From: Octopus sinensis
Taxonomy: Eukaryota
NCBI RefSeq assembly: GCF_006345805.1
Contig: NC_043010.1
Location: forward strand, 16,802,001-16,866,000
Direction: 5' to 3'
DNA length: 64,000 nt
Made by a program: the position numbers and the translations under genes. Shown here piece after piece: positions 38,636 through 51,732 of this stretch (the first letter of the stretch is position 1; each line of letters begins with the position of its first letter). The notes under the pieces were generated by a model. It did no database searches and had not been told where the DNA came from. It saw nothing but the letters and a program-made list of their open reading frames with translations.

Positions 38636-39949
38636 CTCACACCCATACAAACACTAGACGTGCATATATATATACATGGATACATACTGTAGAAGCACTT
38701 ATATACATGAATACACACACACACATATATATATATACACGCTTAAGTATACACATATGCATGTATGCACACATTTGTAAACGTACTCATATACATGTAT
38801 ACACTAGTAGAAGTACTTAGGTACAAGAATACCCACGATGCACAGACTTATATACTTGTATACACGCGTTTTGCGTGTTCTAACACGCATATACCACCAC
38901 ATAGTTAAAACGTAGACAAACACGCAGTTACACACACACACAAACACACACATATATATCATACGTTCAGAATATATGTAACAATAGTTACACACACACA
39001 CACACACACAGAACGTACAAGAGTATACATATACATACAGACACACATATATATACACCAAACAGGCGCACATAGTTACAGACACATTCATGTACATAGA
39101 TACACACACACACAAACCATTACAAATATATAGACCATACATCTATTACATACACAGACATGTCCTTATACACACACACACGTTTATCATTCAGTATATA
39201 CACATATATATTATACAGCTGTACAAACCTATACACAGATACATACATGATACACACTTATACATACACACCTATGACGTGTGTCTCATCAGATGTTAGT
39301 GTGTATAAATTGCGTATGTATTTAATATCGTGCAACTAAACAGTTTTCGTTGATATCGATGAAGATACAAGGAGTTGAGGATTAATAATAACAACATCAG
39401 TAATAATATCGATGTTATTCTAGCATGGCGGAATTGAAAGCAGTAGATCCGCCAAGGCATATGTATGTATGTCTATGTATCTATCTATCTTTCTATCTAT
39501 CTACACACACATGCACACATACCCATATTAATGCTCATATATTTGAGTTTCTCTGTCAAAGACAATCACTCTATACACACACACAGACACACATCTTTAT
39601 TACAATAAAGTTGATGTAAATACATCTACATGTGCAATCGAAACACTACAAGGCCTTCTCATTATTTATCACTCTCTCCTCCGAGTAACTCCAACCTCAC
39701 AGTGCCTCTTACACCAACCACCAGCACCACCACCATTGCCTCCGCCTTGCCGAAAGACTGAAACAGGGCTGTAAAAGAGGGAGGTTTCTATCACCAAGTC
39801 TACCTGCTGTTTCACAGCACACCGATATTTTCACCCATATCAGGTGATATGAATGTGTGCCATCTGGGCTGAGTGGTCATCTGGGCTGAGTGGTCATCTG
39901 GGCTGAGTGTATATATACATCTACATCATTCACTTTATGTCTGTTTTAA

Positions 39950-40693
39950 TCAGAGACTGTAAGGGCTGCCCTCACACAGCTGTTACAGCACTATAACTGG
40001 GGTTTGAAGAAGCTGCTCAGTCATTCAAAGGTGATGTGGTATATCTTGACTTTGTAAAGGCCTTTGACAAGGTAGACCATGGGGCAAGATATGTCATAGG
40101 CTGTGAGATGTTGCATTGCGAGTGGCTACATGACTTCTTAAAAGATAGAAGTGAGGCAGTGGCAGCCAATGGTGCCCTCTCCAGAACATAAATTCTGAGT
40201 GGAGTCTCCCCAGGGAGCTGTCCTGGAGCCACTACTGTTTATAGTAGCTTTCTTAGACAATGGTCACCCACAGCCACTGTCACTAGCTATGCTGATGATA
40301 TGAAATTATGTATGACAGGCAATATAGAATCCTGACAATGTTACAAGCTGGCAGTGGGACCTAAGTGCAATATACAAGATGGCCAAGCAAAACAGTAGCT
40401 AAATACTGGAAAATTTCAGGCATTGTGCTCTCAGCTCAAATCCACCACAGTTTTCATATATAGGGTTTAAGGGTAATGTAATCCCGAAGTCAAAAACAGT
40501 GAAGCACCATATCATGTGCACCTTACTAAGCAACAAAGTGTAGACAATTTACAGAATGGATATTAAGGTCCTCCAGGAAGCCATGTTGGCCCCGAGGAAG
40601 GCCTTTCTTCTCAGCTACATGGACTATTGCTCTCTGCTGTGGTCAGAGCATAGTATCAAACTAACACTAGAGCTTGAAGTAATTCAAAGTTAC
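39950..40693 (+). mobile_element. Degenerate CR1/L2-type LINE RT fragment
   Basis: GDVVYLDFVKAFDKVDHG, WLHDFLKDRSEAVAANGALS, PQGAVLEPLLF, SYADDMKL with frameshifts. Confidence 0.82.
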
Positions 40694-40695
40694 TA

Positions 40696-41564
40696 CGAGG
40701 GTTGGACTGAAAAGTTCATAGGCTGACCATGGACAGAGTGATGCTACAGCTGTGAAATCTGGCATGTTTTAATTTTAACTCTTCTAATTAATAACTGCAT
40801 TGGTTCCAAGTAAACTAATATCTGATTGTTGAAAGAGTACTTCAAAAGTAACCAGTAGCAACTTTTCTTGAAAATGGGCAAAATTTGGTATCGTGGTCTT
40901 ATCAAATACCTGCAGAAAACAAGGGCTTAGCTCCCAAGGACATTCATGCTGACATGGTTAATACATTTGGGGATGACACAACAGCTTTATCAACAGTGCA
41001 AAAGTGGCAGCTGAATTTAGGAGTGAAAGGGTGAATGTTGAAGATGAACCAAGCTGTGGACATCCTGTAACTGCCACAACAGAAGAAAACATCGATTGTG
41101 TTCGCTACATGGAGATGGATGACAGGTGATTGACAATAAATCAAACAGCCAATGCTTTTTGCACATTCCATGAGAGAGTTGAGAATATTCTATGCAATGA
41201 ACTTGGCATGACAAAGGTGTCTGATCAAAAGTGCACCAGGCTGATCACATCGCAAGAAAATCTGACATTGTTTGAGGCAGATCCAGCTGGTTTCCTTGAA
41301 CATTTCCTAAATCAGAATGAGTGTTGGCTTCATCATTTCGAGCCAGAGACAAAGTGACAATCCATGCAGTGGAAACACCTCTCCTCACCTGCTCCAAAGA
41401 AAGCCAAGGTCGTTTCTTCTACAAGGAAGGTGATGGCTTCAGTTTCTTGGGATGCAAAAGGCATTGTGCTTATTGACTATCTTCAAAAGGGACAAACCAT
41501 CAATGGAGAGTGCCATGCTAACGTGCTGAGGCAGTTACAAAAGGTTATCAAGACTAAACATCCA
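40696..41564 (+). mobile_element. 3'-truncated mariner (DD34D-type) element with left TIR and decayed transposase
   Basis: TA|CGAGGGTTGG..GAAAAGTTC terminus; ATG at 40874; ECWLHHFEPETK and MQWKHLSSPAPKKAKVVSSTRKVMASVSWDAKGIVLIDYLQKGQTINGE motifs. Confidence 0.9.
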
Positions 41565-41629
41565 ATGCTAGCATGGAAAACGGACGCTAAACGATGATGA
41601 TGATGATGATAAAACATATATATAACATA

Positions 41630-41676
<47 letters not shown>

Positions 41677-41829
41677 CACACACACACACACACACACACA
41701 CAAAACATCACTACATGTTTTTCCAATAGCTACTGAAACGTCTATAAGTGATGATTCAAGCTGTCCATTATTATTCCTTTGCCACTGCTAACAACAAAAA
41801 AAATCTTTTCCCTAAGAATGAAGGGCAGA

Positions 41830-42110
41830 TTGTATGATGTTGAGTGAAAACCTGGGCATAAGAGGAATCAGATGTTGTATCCAAGAAAGAAGACCAAGAT
41901 GGTATGGGCCATGTGAAACATGGACCATGTGGTGAATAGGAACAGCTGTATAAAGAAGGTGCCATTAACTTAATGTGAGCCAGCAAAAGAGGAAGACCCA
42001 GGAAGATATGGGATGAAGTGGTAAAAGTTGACCTCAGAGCCTTGAGGCTGATGGATGAGATGACCAGAATCTTTGGTGATATGAGGTTTTTGAAAAAAAA
42101 ACTTGCCCTC
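41830..42110 (+). mobile_element. RTE ORF 3'-end fragment
   Basis: LGIRGIRCCIQERRPRWYG and KRGRPRKIWDEVVKVDLRALRLMDEMTR. Confidence 0.75.
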
Positions 42111-42759
42111 CTCAACAAAGCTGAATTCCAGAAGCACAACCCCATTTTTGCTTTGTGGGGCAACTTCAGCACTTCAACAACAATATTGCTTTGCATCTCC
42201 TGATCAGTGTCTATCTTCTCTCCCACCTTTCATACTAGATGTGAAAAACCATGTAGATTCCTCTGCAGGAATCTGAACTTCTCCTCACCCCCACCCCATC
42301 TACCCCTGGGCCTGTAATCCTGTTGCAAATTCCATGGCAATCTCATTAATGCAGGTGCCCTCCCCCCAAAGCGCCTAGTACATGCTGTAAAGTGGTTGGC
42401 ATTAGGAAGAGCATTCAGCTGTAGAAGCCTTGCCAAAGCAGACATAGGAGCTCGATGCAGTCCTTGGACAGATTGGAACCTGTCAAACTGACTGACCTAT
42501 GCCAGCATGGACCAGGCACATTGAATGAAGATGGGATGTGTATATGTATATAAACATGCACACACATGCATGCATGTATGCATGATTGCACATGTGTGTG
42601 CACTCATGCCTGGTATTTGGGCTAAATTTGATTATTTTTTTTATGTCTCCTTTTTTCAGGAACATCCTACTGTATTAGTGAACAGTCAATGGTGTTGGAG
42701 AGCATAAATATTAAAATTATAGTTGAGAAAAGGTTGGCTGACACAGCGGACTGGAAGCC

Positions 42760-43862
42760 ATATGAATAGAGTTACCTGTATCTTGATGATTTGCACCTGG
42801 ATAGCAAAATGCTGACATCATAACTGCTGCACAGTGTTCTGTGAACACTGTAGAGACTGTAAAACGTGGCATGGCCACCTGCAATGGAGACTATGAAGCC
42901 ATAGCCAGCAGGAAAGGACGCGGCAGGTGTTCCGATTGCATTGACATGCCAGTGTCCATTCAACAACAACTGCAGGACAAGGTGGTAGAAAACCTGAGCA
43001 TGGGAATCCAGGCTTCAGTGAGAGAGATGAGTGTTGGAGTCACCACCATGAAGCTAGCCCCGAATGAGGACCTTTGCTACTACTTGAACAAGAGGCACAG
43101 GGACAAATTCTGACAGCCAAGACCAAGAAGAACCACATGACAAAGGTGAAGAAGCTCCTGAAGAAGCTGAGATATTATGTTGAACCAAGAATAATCTGGT
43201 TCTTCTCAGATGAAAAAGCCTCTGCCAGGGCCAGTTGCACAGCACCCAGAACAACATGTGGTTTGCTACAATCTATGGCCTGCTACAGTCCTACATATCA
43301 TGGAAACCAAGTGCGTTTCCATTGTGGGTGATATTATGCTGCCCCACATCTTTAAACGGGGCATCAGGCTCAATTCGGACGGCTACTTGAAGCTGCTGGA
43401 GACCGTGGCCAATCCCTCACCAAAGAGGGTTGTTGCTGAAAGGCCATATTTGTGGCAGTAGGATTCGGTTCCTCGCCATGGTTCCAAAAAGTGTCAAAAG
43501 AGACAGTCAGAGAATTTCTATGAGTTTACCAGCCCCAATATCTGGCCCCCTAATTCACCCAAAGGGAATCCCATGGATTTCTATGTGTGTGGCATGGTTG
43601 AGAAGGACACCAATTGCTCTGCCTACAACACTAAGACCAAGCTACTGGCCAAGATCAAGGAAGTGTTTGAAAACCTTCCCAGGAATGCCTGCACCAAGTT
43701 CCAGAGCTGTCTTGAGGACCAATACAACTTTGAATAAACAGTTATCTCTCAGTCATAATCAAGATTTTTTGGGTTTTTCTTTTTAAAAACAGATTTATTT
43801 TTGGATGGGATATTGTTTTCGTTTCCTTTTAGGGAAGCTGTGAAAATTTAGATGAACACCCT
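42760..43862 (+). mobile_element. Degenerate maT (DD37D) Tc1/mariner-superfamily transposon with right TIR only
   Basis: IWFFSDEK, then Q*DSVPRH...WPPNSPKGNPMDF with 37 residues between the second and third Asp. Ends in gatgaacaccc, the reverse complement of an (c)agggtg-type terminus. Confidence 0.85.
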
Positions 43863-44321
43863 TCCCCCTCACTCTCTGTACACACACACACACACACACA
43901 CATCAATACATAAGCAACACACCAACTGAACCCCATATTCACAAACACTGAGAACTCCCTTAACACAAAAAATCTTGTGGCTTTGTGAGCGACCAGCTCA
44001 AACAACTCTCTCAAGAACTTGAATTTAACTCAAAGAAAAATCATTTATAAAGCCATATATACATACATATATGCACACACACACACACACACACACACAC
44101 ACCACACACACACACATGTACATATAGATATACATACATATAGATACATACATACAGATATACATATACATACATACATACATACAGATATACATATACA
44201 TACATACATACAGATATACATACATACTTACTTACATACATATATATATATATATATATGTATGTACATGCATATATATATTGTGTCTAGGGAGAGTCAT
44301 TATGCCAAATTCAAAAAGGAA

Positions 44322-44367
<46 letters not shown>

Positions 44368-44372
<5 letters not shown>

Positions 44373-44540
44373 GAATTTACAAAATAAAAAAAAAAGACGA
44401 AGATGGGTGTGTAAACAACAAACAGATGTATTAGTTTAACGCTTGGGAAATGAGAAAGTCTTTACGTTTCGAGCCTATGCTCTTCAACAGAAAGGAACAG
44501 AGAAATAAACAGGGGGAGAAAATAAAAAAAGGTTCAGTGG
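44368..44540 (+). repeat. Interspersed repeat resembling Penelope-like element termini. Related copies at about 27405-27590, 36950-37100(-), 58400-58460, 59600-59760(-)
   Basis: Shared gtgtgtaaacaacaaacagatgtattagttt...acgtttcgagccta.gctcttc motif, usually next to (TA)n. The Penelope assignment is inference. Confidence 0.5.
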
Positions 44541-45005
44541 CTAGCGATCTATACACACACACACACACACACACACACAATCGAGGTTGACAAGGTATCA
44601 CTGGTCTCTATGCTGTTGCTAGGTGTCCCTGCAGTTGCGATCATACTCAAAGACCCTTTCGACTCCGTCCGTGGTGTGTGACAGACAGCTAGAGTGAGAG
44701 AGAATGATAGATTTGATACGAGGCTGCTACATTATTTATGAACCTCCAAAAGGTTAAAATGCAAAGTTGAAGGAGGCAGGATTTGAACTCACAACGAAAT
44801 AAATGTGGCATCACACTTTACTCCACTGCCGTCACAGCAATCCGCCGCAACATGTGATGCGCGCGCGCGCGTTTATAGATCTTTAGGTATGTGTAGAATT
44901 CCTTATGGGTGTCTGTGTGTGTGTGTATGTATGTATATATATATATATATTCCTATCTCTTAGACGATTATTCCAACCGCTGACTCTATTTGCCTATCTA
45001 TCTAG

Positions 45006-45072
<67 letters not shown>

Positions 45073-45389
45073 CGTGTGTGTGTGTGTTTGCACACGCACA
45101 CACAGAGGCAAACATATTTGTACATTTAAGTATAAAATACGTACAAAAAAACATGGTATATATATATATATGTATATATATATGTATATATATATATTCA
45201 GATAGATATGCATAGGGAGAAATACGTCTGTGTGTGTGTGTGTGTGTGTGTATGCCTGTATGTGAGTGCATGTATAAATTTACTGTGCTTGTATGTTTGT
45301 GAGCACCCATTACGTCAGTGTATATGCACATAATTATATACCCAACGCCAATGTAATCGAGACAAACCGTCTTACACAAACGTATAAAG

Positions 45390-45422
<33 letters not shown>

Positions 45423-45622
45423 GAGAGAGAGAGGGAGAGAAAGAGAGAAACAGATTAATTAAAAATTACATAAACAAAAATACAAAAAACAAAATACACA
45501 AAAGTGCAAAATTTTGACATGTGGATGTGTGTGTGTGTGTGCATATGTATCAATCTATTTTGCATGTGAGTATATATATATATCTTTATGCATGTTTTAT
45601 GTTTCGTGCATGTTTGTATGGT

Positions 45623-45660
<38 letters not shown>

Positions 45661-45800
45661 GGAGTAAACACATAAATGTGAAACAAGGTGGAAAAAAGAG
45701 TACTCAAATACCAGTGGTTTTTAGCAAAAACTGTCTGATGAACGGCAACGAGAAACTCAGAGTAACAGATTTTGTTGAATTTTCTGCTGCTTAAAATAAA

Positions 45801-45835
<35 letters not shown>

Positions 45836-45912
45836 GGTCCCGGGTTGATTCGGGGTTAACCACAGTAAATAAGGTACTCAATACATAGCAGAGTAAAATT
45901 AATTATATAATA

Positions 45913-45956
<44 letters not shown>

Positions 45957-46377
45957 CCAAAGAGGGTACGGACGCCGCTTGTCCAGTTTGTATTTTTCTA
46001 CAATAATATATATATATATATTATATATATATATATATATACACACAACACACACACATACATACATACATACACACACATACACACTCGCCCACATATG
46101 TACAATTTAATTATTGGTAATACCTGCAAATTTCACGTGTATCACACACACACACACACACGTCTGGAGTAGAATATCGATACGGGATATAAATTTTAAT
46201 TATATTCTTCAATCTATTTACGATCACTCGTGCGTGCTTGTGAGTTTGTATGGGTATAAATGTATGTATGTATATAGGCATGATTGTGCGTGTGTGTGTA
46301 TAAAAATATATATGTGTGTGTGTGTGTGTGTCCGTGTGAGGATGTTTGTAGTAAATGTAGAAATGTATCCGGGAAGA

Positions 46378-46567
<190 letters not shown>

Positions 46568-47618
46568 AGACAGACAGACAGGTACGTGTGTGTGTGGAGT
46601 TAAAAGTGTCGATTAGAGAAAAAGACAGTAACAGCGACCCAGAAAAGTGTTTCGGTTTACATGACGGTCAGTTCAAACAAATTCCGGGACTAGAAGCAAC
46701 GACAGAGGTACAGTGACTGGAGTTATTATAGCTGACCTTGTTTGTAAAAAGGGTGGTCCAGTTAGGAGTGTCATGTGTGTGTGGGGGGGGGGGGAGTGTC
46801 ATGTGGTTCGCTTTCCAGCATTTTGTTGTTCAATATCATATATACAATTGACCCAGTTCACCTTATAAATCTCGGTACCTTACGATTGTGCAGAGCTGCA
46901 TCAAAATGCAGTAAGGATGGTGGGACATTACGTTTCAAAAAGCGGCTTTTATTTGCCGAGCCGAGTTGAAGCTCTGCAATGGGTCGGGACTGAGGTGGGA
47001 CTATTCCTGTTCTGACCTATTTTGAATTAATTCAAGATTAATAATGATTTCTATGACAGTCACAAGGTTTGCAATTAGGTGAAGGTGTAGAATCGACTAC
47101 ACCGACCCCAGTGCTCGACACGTATTATATTCCGTCGACCATGAAAGAATGAAAGGTAAAGTTCACCTTGGCGGGATTTGAACTCATAATGTAATGATCC
47201 GGAACAAACACTGTAAAATATTTTGTCCGAAGCTCTAACGATACCGACAGTTAATAATAATAATAAGAAGAAGAAGAAGAGGAAGAAGAAGGAGAAAAGG
47301 AAGAAGAAGAAGAAATTGAGTCAAACTAGTAGTTTCCGTATTTGGCTGGTACATGTTTTCATTGGCCCCCTCCCCACTTCAAGCCCGACTATGATTTGAA
47401 CTCAGAATGTAAAAACATGTGACTCAATGCTCCCAATGTATTGTATCTGATGCTCTACCAATTCCACTTTTCTGGAGGAGAATTACAGTCAAGTGGTAAA
47501 ATTCAATTTCAGCAGGATTTGAACTCAGAACACAGACGTAACTAAATGCCATATTTTGTATTTTGTGCTTATGAATTAACAAACGGAAATGTTTCTGTGG
47601 TGGTGGTGGTTAATTTTG

Positions 47619-48065
47619 TGACGTAAAAACTGTGATCACAGCATAAGGCAGGTAGTGATAACGGAAGGAACGTGAGAAACCAAATTATAACTAAGAGACA
47701 CACACACATGCAATTATAACGTAAAGAGACGAAGTGATATTGTGTGCAGGACAATCACAGGGAAAAGAGAGACAACCATAACGTAAAGCTTTAGATATAT
47801 GTAAGTTATAAGGTAGAGAGAGAGACACTAAGTGGAGATGTAATGATGACGTACAGCACGTAAGAAAGGAAATCATATTATAAAACGTACAGATGTATTA
47901 ATACAGAGACGGAGGTGGCAAAGACATCACTGCTACAGCATGACCCCGGTCCTGATGGCTATAACAAACTAAAAACGTAATCATAGCATATAGAATGACA
48001 GACGTAATCTTGACGTAATGGACACTTAAAAACGCAGTCTTAACGTAAAGATACGCAAATAACGT
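47619..48065. promoter_or_regulatory. Homotypic cluster of 12 ACGT cores (candidate bZIP/CRE-type enhancer)
   Basis: ACGT starts at 47621, 47670, 47719, 47781, 47849, 47858, 47885, 47975, 48002, 48013, 48043 and 48062; includes two TGACGTAA and three TAACGTAAAG. Confidence 0.4.
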
Positions 48066-48993
48066 CTGACGCTCTACCGACTCGATCACAACGCTGCCCT
48101 AACAATAAGCAGGGTTCCTAAAACACAGAGCTACATATTTCGGTTGTTGGTGTTGGTTTAAGTAGACTTATCATCAATGGCGTTTCAACCATGACCATTC
48201 AAACTTTCTGTAATATCTCGCACGACATCATCCTGTGTCTTTCATCTCACAACGGTAGGATACGATTCCAAGCAACTTCGCTGCTATTTATAGAGTATAT
48301 TTAATATTCAACAAAACGCTCGGCTCGTGGACTCAACGCAACAAAACAGTCTGGGACGTTAATGTCCAACAAAGACTTCGTCACTCCTTCATTTTAGGGA
48401 CTCCCGGTAAAACACGAAAAGTAAGAATTTGAACTTAAACCGTCGAGAGGCGTAGATATGAACCCGCTCGACCAGCTTAAGCTGGCAGCCAAATCTGTCC
48501 CTACCATATTGAAGAAGGAACGACACGATGACACAGTCTTAGATACGGTGTGGTCTGAATTTTAGAAATGGTCACGATTGGAAAGTCTGCGCGACCAGAG
48601 ATAATAACAAAACAATATTGTTCATTTTTTTTTTTTTTTGCCACAAGGGCAATAAAGGTACAGTATTAATACAACAACATTATTATTGTTGTGATGGGTG
48701 GTGGCGGCGGTGGTGAAGTAACGTTACATAAAACAAGGAATTTAGAAAGCAGAAAAGAGAGTACAGTACAGCAGAGTACAATACAAATGTGATTACAAAG
48801 AAAATGTCGAGAAGAAAAAAAACTATTGCAGTGAATAAAGCTGACAAATGACAAAAGTGTGTGTGTGTGTATAGAAAAGAGTTTTTCTTCCGAACAAGGA
48901 GACTATTCCAGTCGTCTTTTGCATTAAAGATATTTTTTTTATATATTTTTTTCCCTTTCAACTATTTTGCTTCGCGTGGAACAATACCATTCC

Positions 48994-49216
48994 TACGTCT
49001 AACTTCCAAACTAATCACAGACGTTATCTTCAATACAATGCATTCACGTCCTTAAACACATGTATAATATATATAATACAGGTACTGTACACGTCTATTG
49101 CATACATACATACATATATAGTGTAATGCATATAATATATACATATATATACATAGATATATAATATATACATATTATATATATATATATTATATAATAT
49201 ATATATATATATAATA

Positions 49217-49256
<40 letters not shown>

Positions 49257-49628
49257 TATATGCATTACACTATATATGTATGTATGTATGCACGTATGTA
49301 ATAGACGTGTACAGTACCTGTATTATATATATTATACATGTGTTTAAGGACGTGAATGCATTGTATTGAAGATAACGTCTGTGATTAGTTTGGAAGTTAG
49401 ACGTATATATTATATAATATTATATATATATATATATAATATGTATATATTATATATATATGTATATATATGTATATATTATATGCATTACACTATATAT
49501 GTATGTATGTATGCACGTATGTAATAGACGTGTACAGTACCTGTATTATATATATTATACATGTGTTTAAGGACGTGAATGCATTGTATTGAAGATAACG
49601 TCTGTGATTAGTTTGGAAGTTAGACGTA
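48994..49628. repeat. Local inverted duplication followed by a 223-bp tandem duplication (A, A-reverse, A-reverse)
   Basis: tacgtctaacttccaaactaatcacagacg... at 48994 recurs as its reverse complement ending at 49405 and again at 49628. Confidence 0.92.
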
Positions 49629-50276
49629 TATATTATATAATATATATATATAATATTATATAATATATTATATAATATATTATATATTATATAATATATA
49701 TATATTATAGTATATATTATATAATATATAATATATATATTATATAGTATATATTATATAATATATATATATATTATATAGTATATATTATATATATAAT
49801 AATATATATTATAGTATATATATAATATATACATATATATATATATATATAGTATATATATATAATATATAGATAATATATATATATATATAATATAATA
49901 TATATATAATATATATATATATATTATATATATATATATAATACATCTATTTTATGTATACATTATATATATTATACGCATTATATTACACATACAGACA
50001 AAGCGCACACTCCTCCCAGCACCCACCCACATACAAAATCACAGAGCCATCACTGAAGCCCAACCAGCGAGGCTAAAAGATCAGTTATCAACTGTCGGGG
50101 TCACTCAGGCAAACTAATAACACACTCGTGTCTTTTACAATGCTCCCACTGCTTCACTATACACTTTGAAGAACACATTTATATCTAGTCAGCAGATTGA
50201 CTCCAGCTATTTTCTCTCAGATATGGTATTCACATTCACAAACAATTCTCCTCCACAATACGTACATACGTACATA

Positions 50277-50348
<72 letters not shown>

Positions 50349-51199
50349 GCACACATACATACTTTTGGCTTCGGCTATTGGATTAATAAAGAAATATATA
50401 AATATAAATAGATTCGGTGTACACAACTGAAACAATATTAAATTTAAAAACCCATCTGTGTAACATACTTAAAGTATATACACCCCTAAAAGGCTTGATG
50501 CTGTGGTTTTTATCTAAGAGAAAATTCCTAGATAAGTTGTGCTAAAAACATCGGAGCGAGGTGAACACTTTCAGTTCGGGATTCGCGTTTCGGCCTTTTT
50601 TGGACTTTGTCAATGATGTGTAACCATTTGACACATTGCGTAAATAAAATGTCTCCTCTGATGTGTAGAAAATAGCGAATAATACATTCACTGACATAGA
50701 GGAAAGCTTGTTGGGCTGTAATAAACTCAGGGTATGCAATTGAAAATAATGAAAAAAGAAAGATGGATGAATAGATATGTATGTATGTGTGTATCTATGT
50801 ATAGATAGATAAATAGACAGACAGACAGATAGATAGACCACTTAGGTATCGGCTATTGAGTGGAATATTCTTTCCTGAGGAGTTGTACAAAAACTTTGAA
50901 ACGTGTTATATCCAGGAATCAGTTCCAAAAACCCGATCCACTCTGATGTCTAAAGATTTCGAGAGTTAGCTCTCTTAGCTGTTTTTAGATTTTAAATACA
51001 CCTATAGGGAGATTTTATCAATTAATTACATAGATAATCTCAACTGATTACTATATTGCGTACGTGACAACTTATACCGTGTTCGTATTTAATTTACAGA
51101 ACAACTGACATTATTTCAACCTTATTGCTAATGAATATGATATGAAATTATATATGTTGCATGTATGTATGTGTGTGTGTGCTATTTCTATTATTTAAA

Positions 51200-51320
51200 A
51201 CAGTTCGATTCGGCCCCATGCGACTTAAAAGTTTCGTGGGCTTCTTACAAAACCTAACTCGTCGGGCTCAGTTAACGAGCTAGGTTTTTGTAAGAAGCTG
51301 ATGGGGTCGAATAAAACTGT
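51200..51320. other. Isolated hairpin (pre-miRNA-sized inner stem, or MITE relic)
   Basis: 51240-51262 pairs with 51275-51298 around a 12-nt loop; outer stem 51200-51219 pairs with 51301-51320. Confidence 0.55.
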
Positions 51321-51627
51321 AAAAATGTATATATATAATATATATTATACTCATGCATGCATGAATGGGTAGACTGTGTCATTGAAAAAAGTGAAGTGTC
51401 GCGTGGCAACTCGCCCATTCTGGTTCTTCTGACACAGGATAGTTAATGCTACTGTGTTAAATCTGGTATTGGAACAGCTGTCGTTCGAAGTTCCACACCT
51501 CATAAGAGAATAAATGAGGGCGAAAATGTAAAACAAAGCAAAAATGACATTTAAATATTTTTTTCAAAATTGTAATTTCTATGAATTAAAAATATAAGAA
51601 ACTAAAGACAAAAAACCTACCCTTTAC

Positions 51628-51732
51628 CTTTCTTACGAGGTTTCAGGGTTTTAAGGAACACCTCTTGCAAACTCGCCCTAAACATATTACTCGGATATAA
51701 GTGTTCATCCAAAATAAGCATGGTTTGAGCAT
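51628..51732 (-). CDS. Candidate 105-nt symmetric exon (phase 1-1: AQTMLILDEHLYPSNMFRASLQEVFLKTLKPRKK)
   Basis: AAG|gtaaag donor and an open protein-like frame. The acceptor AG lies ~18 nt after a pyrimidine tract, so it is weak. Confidence 0.33.
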
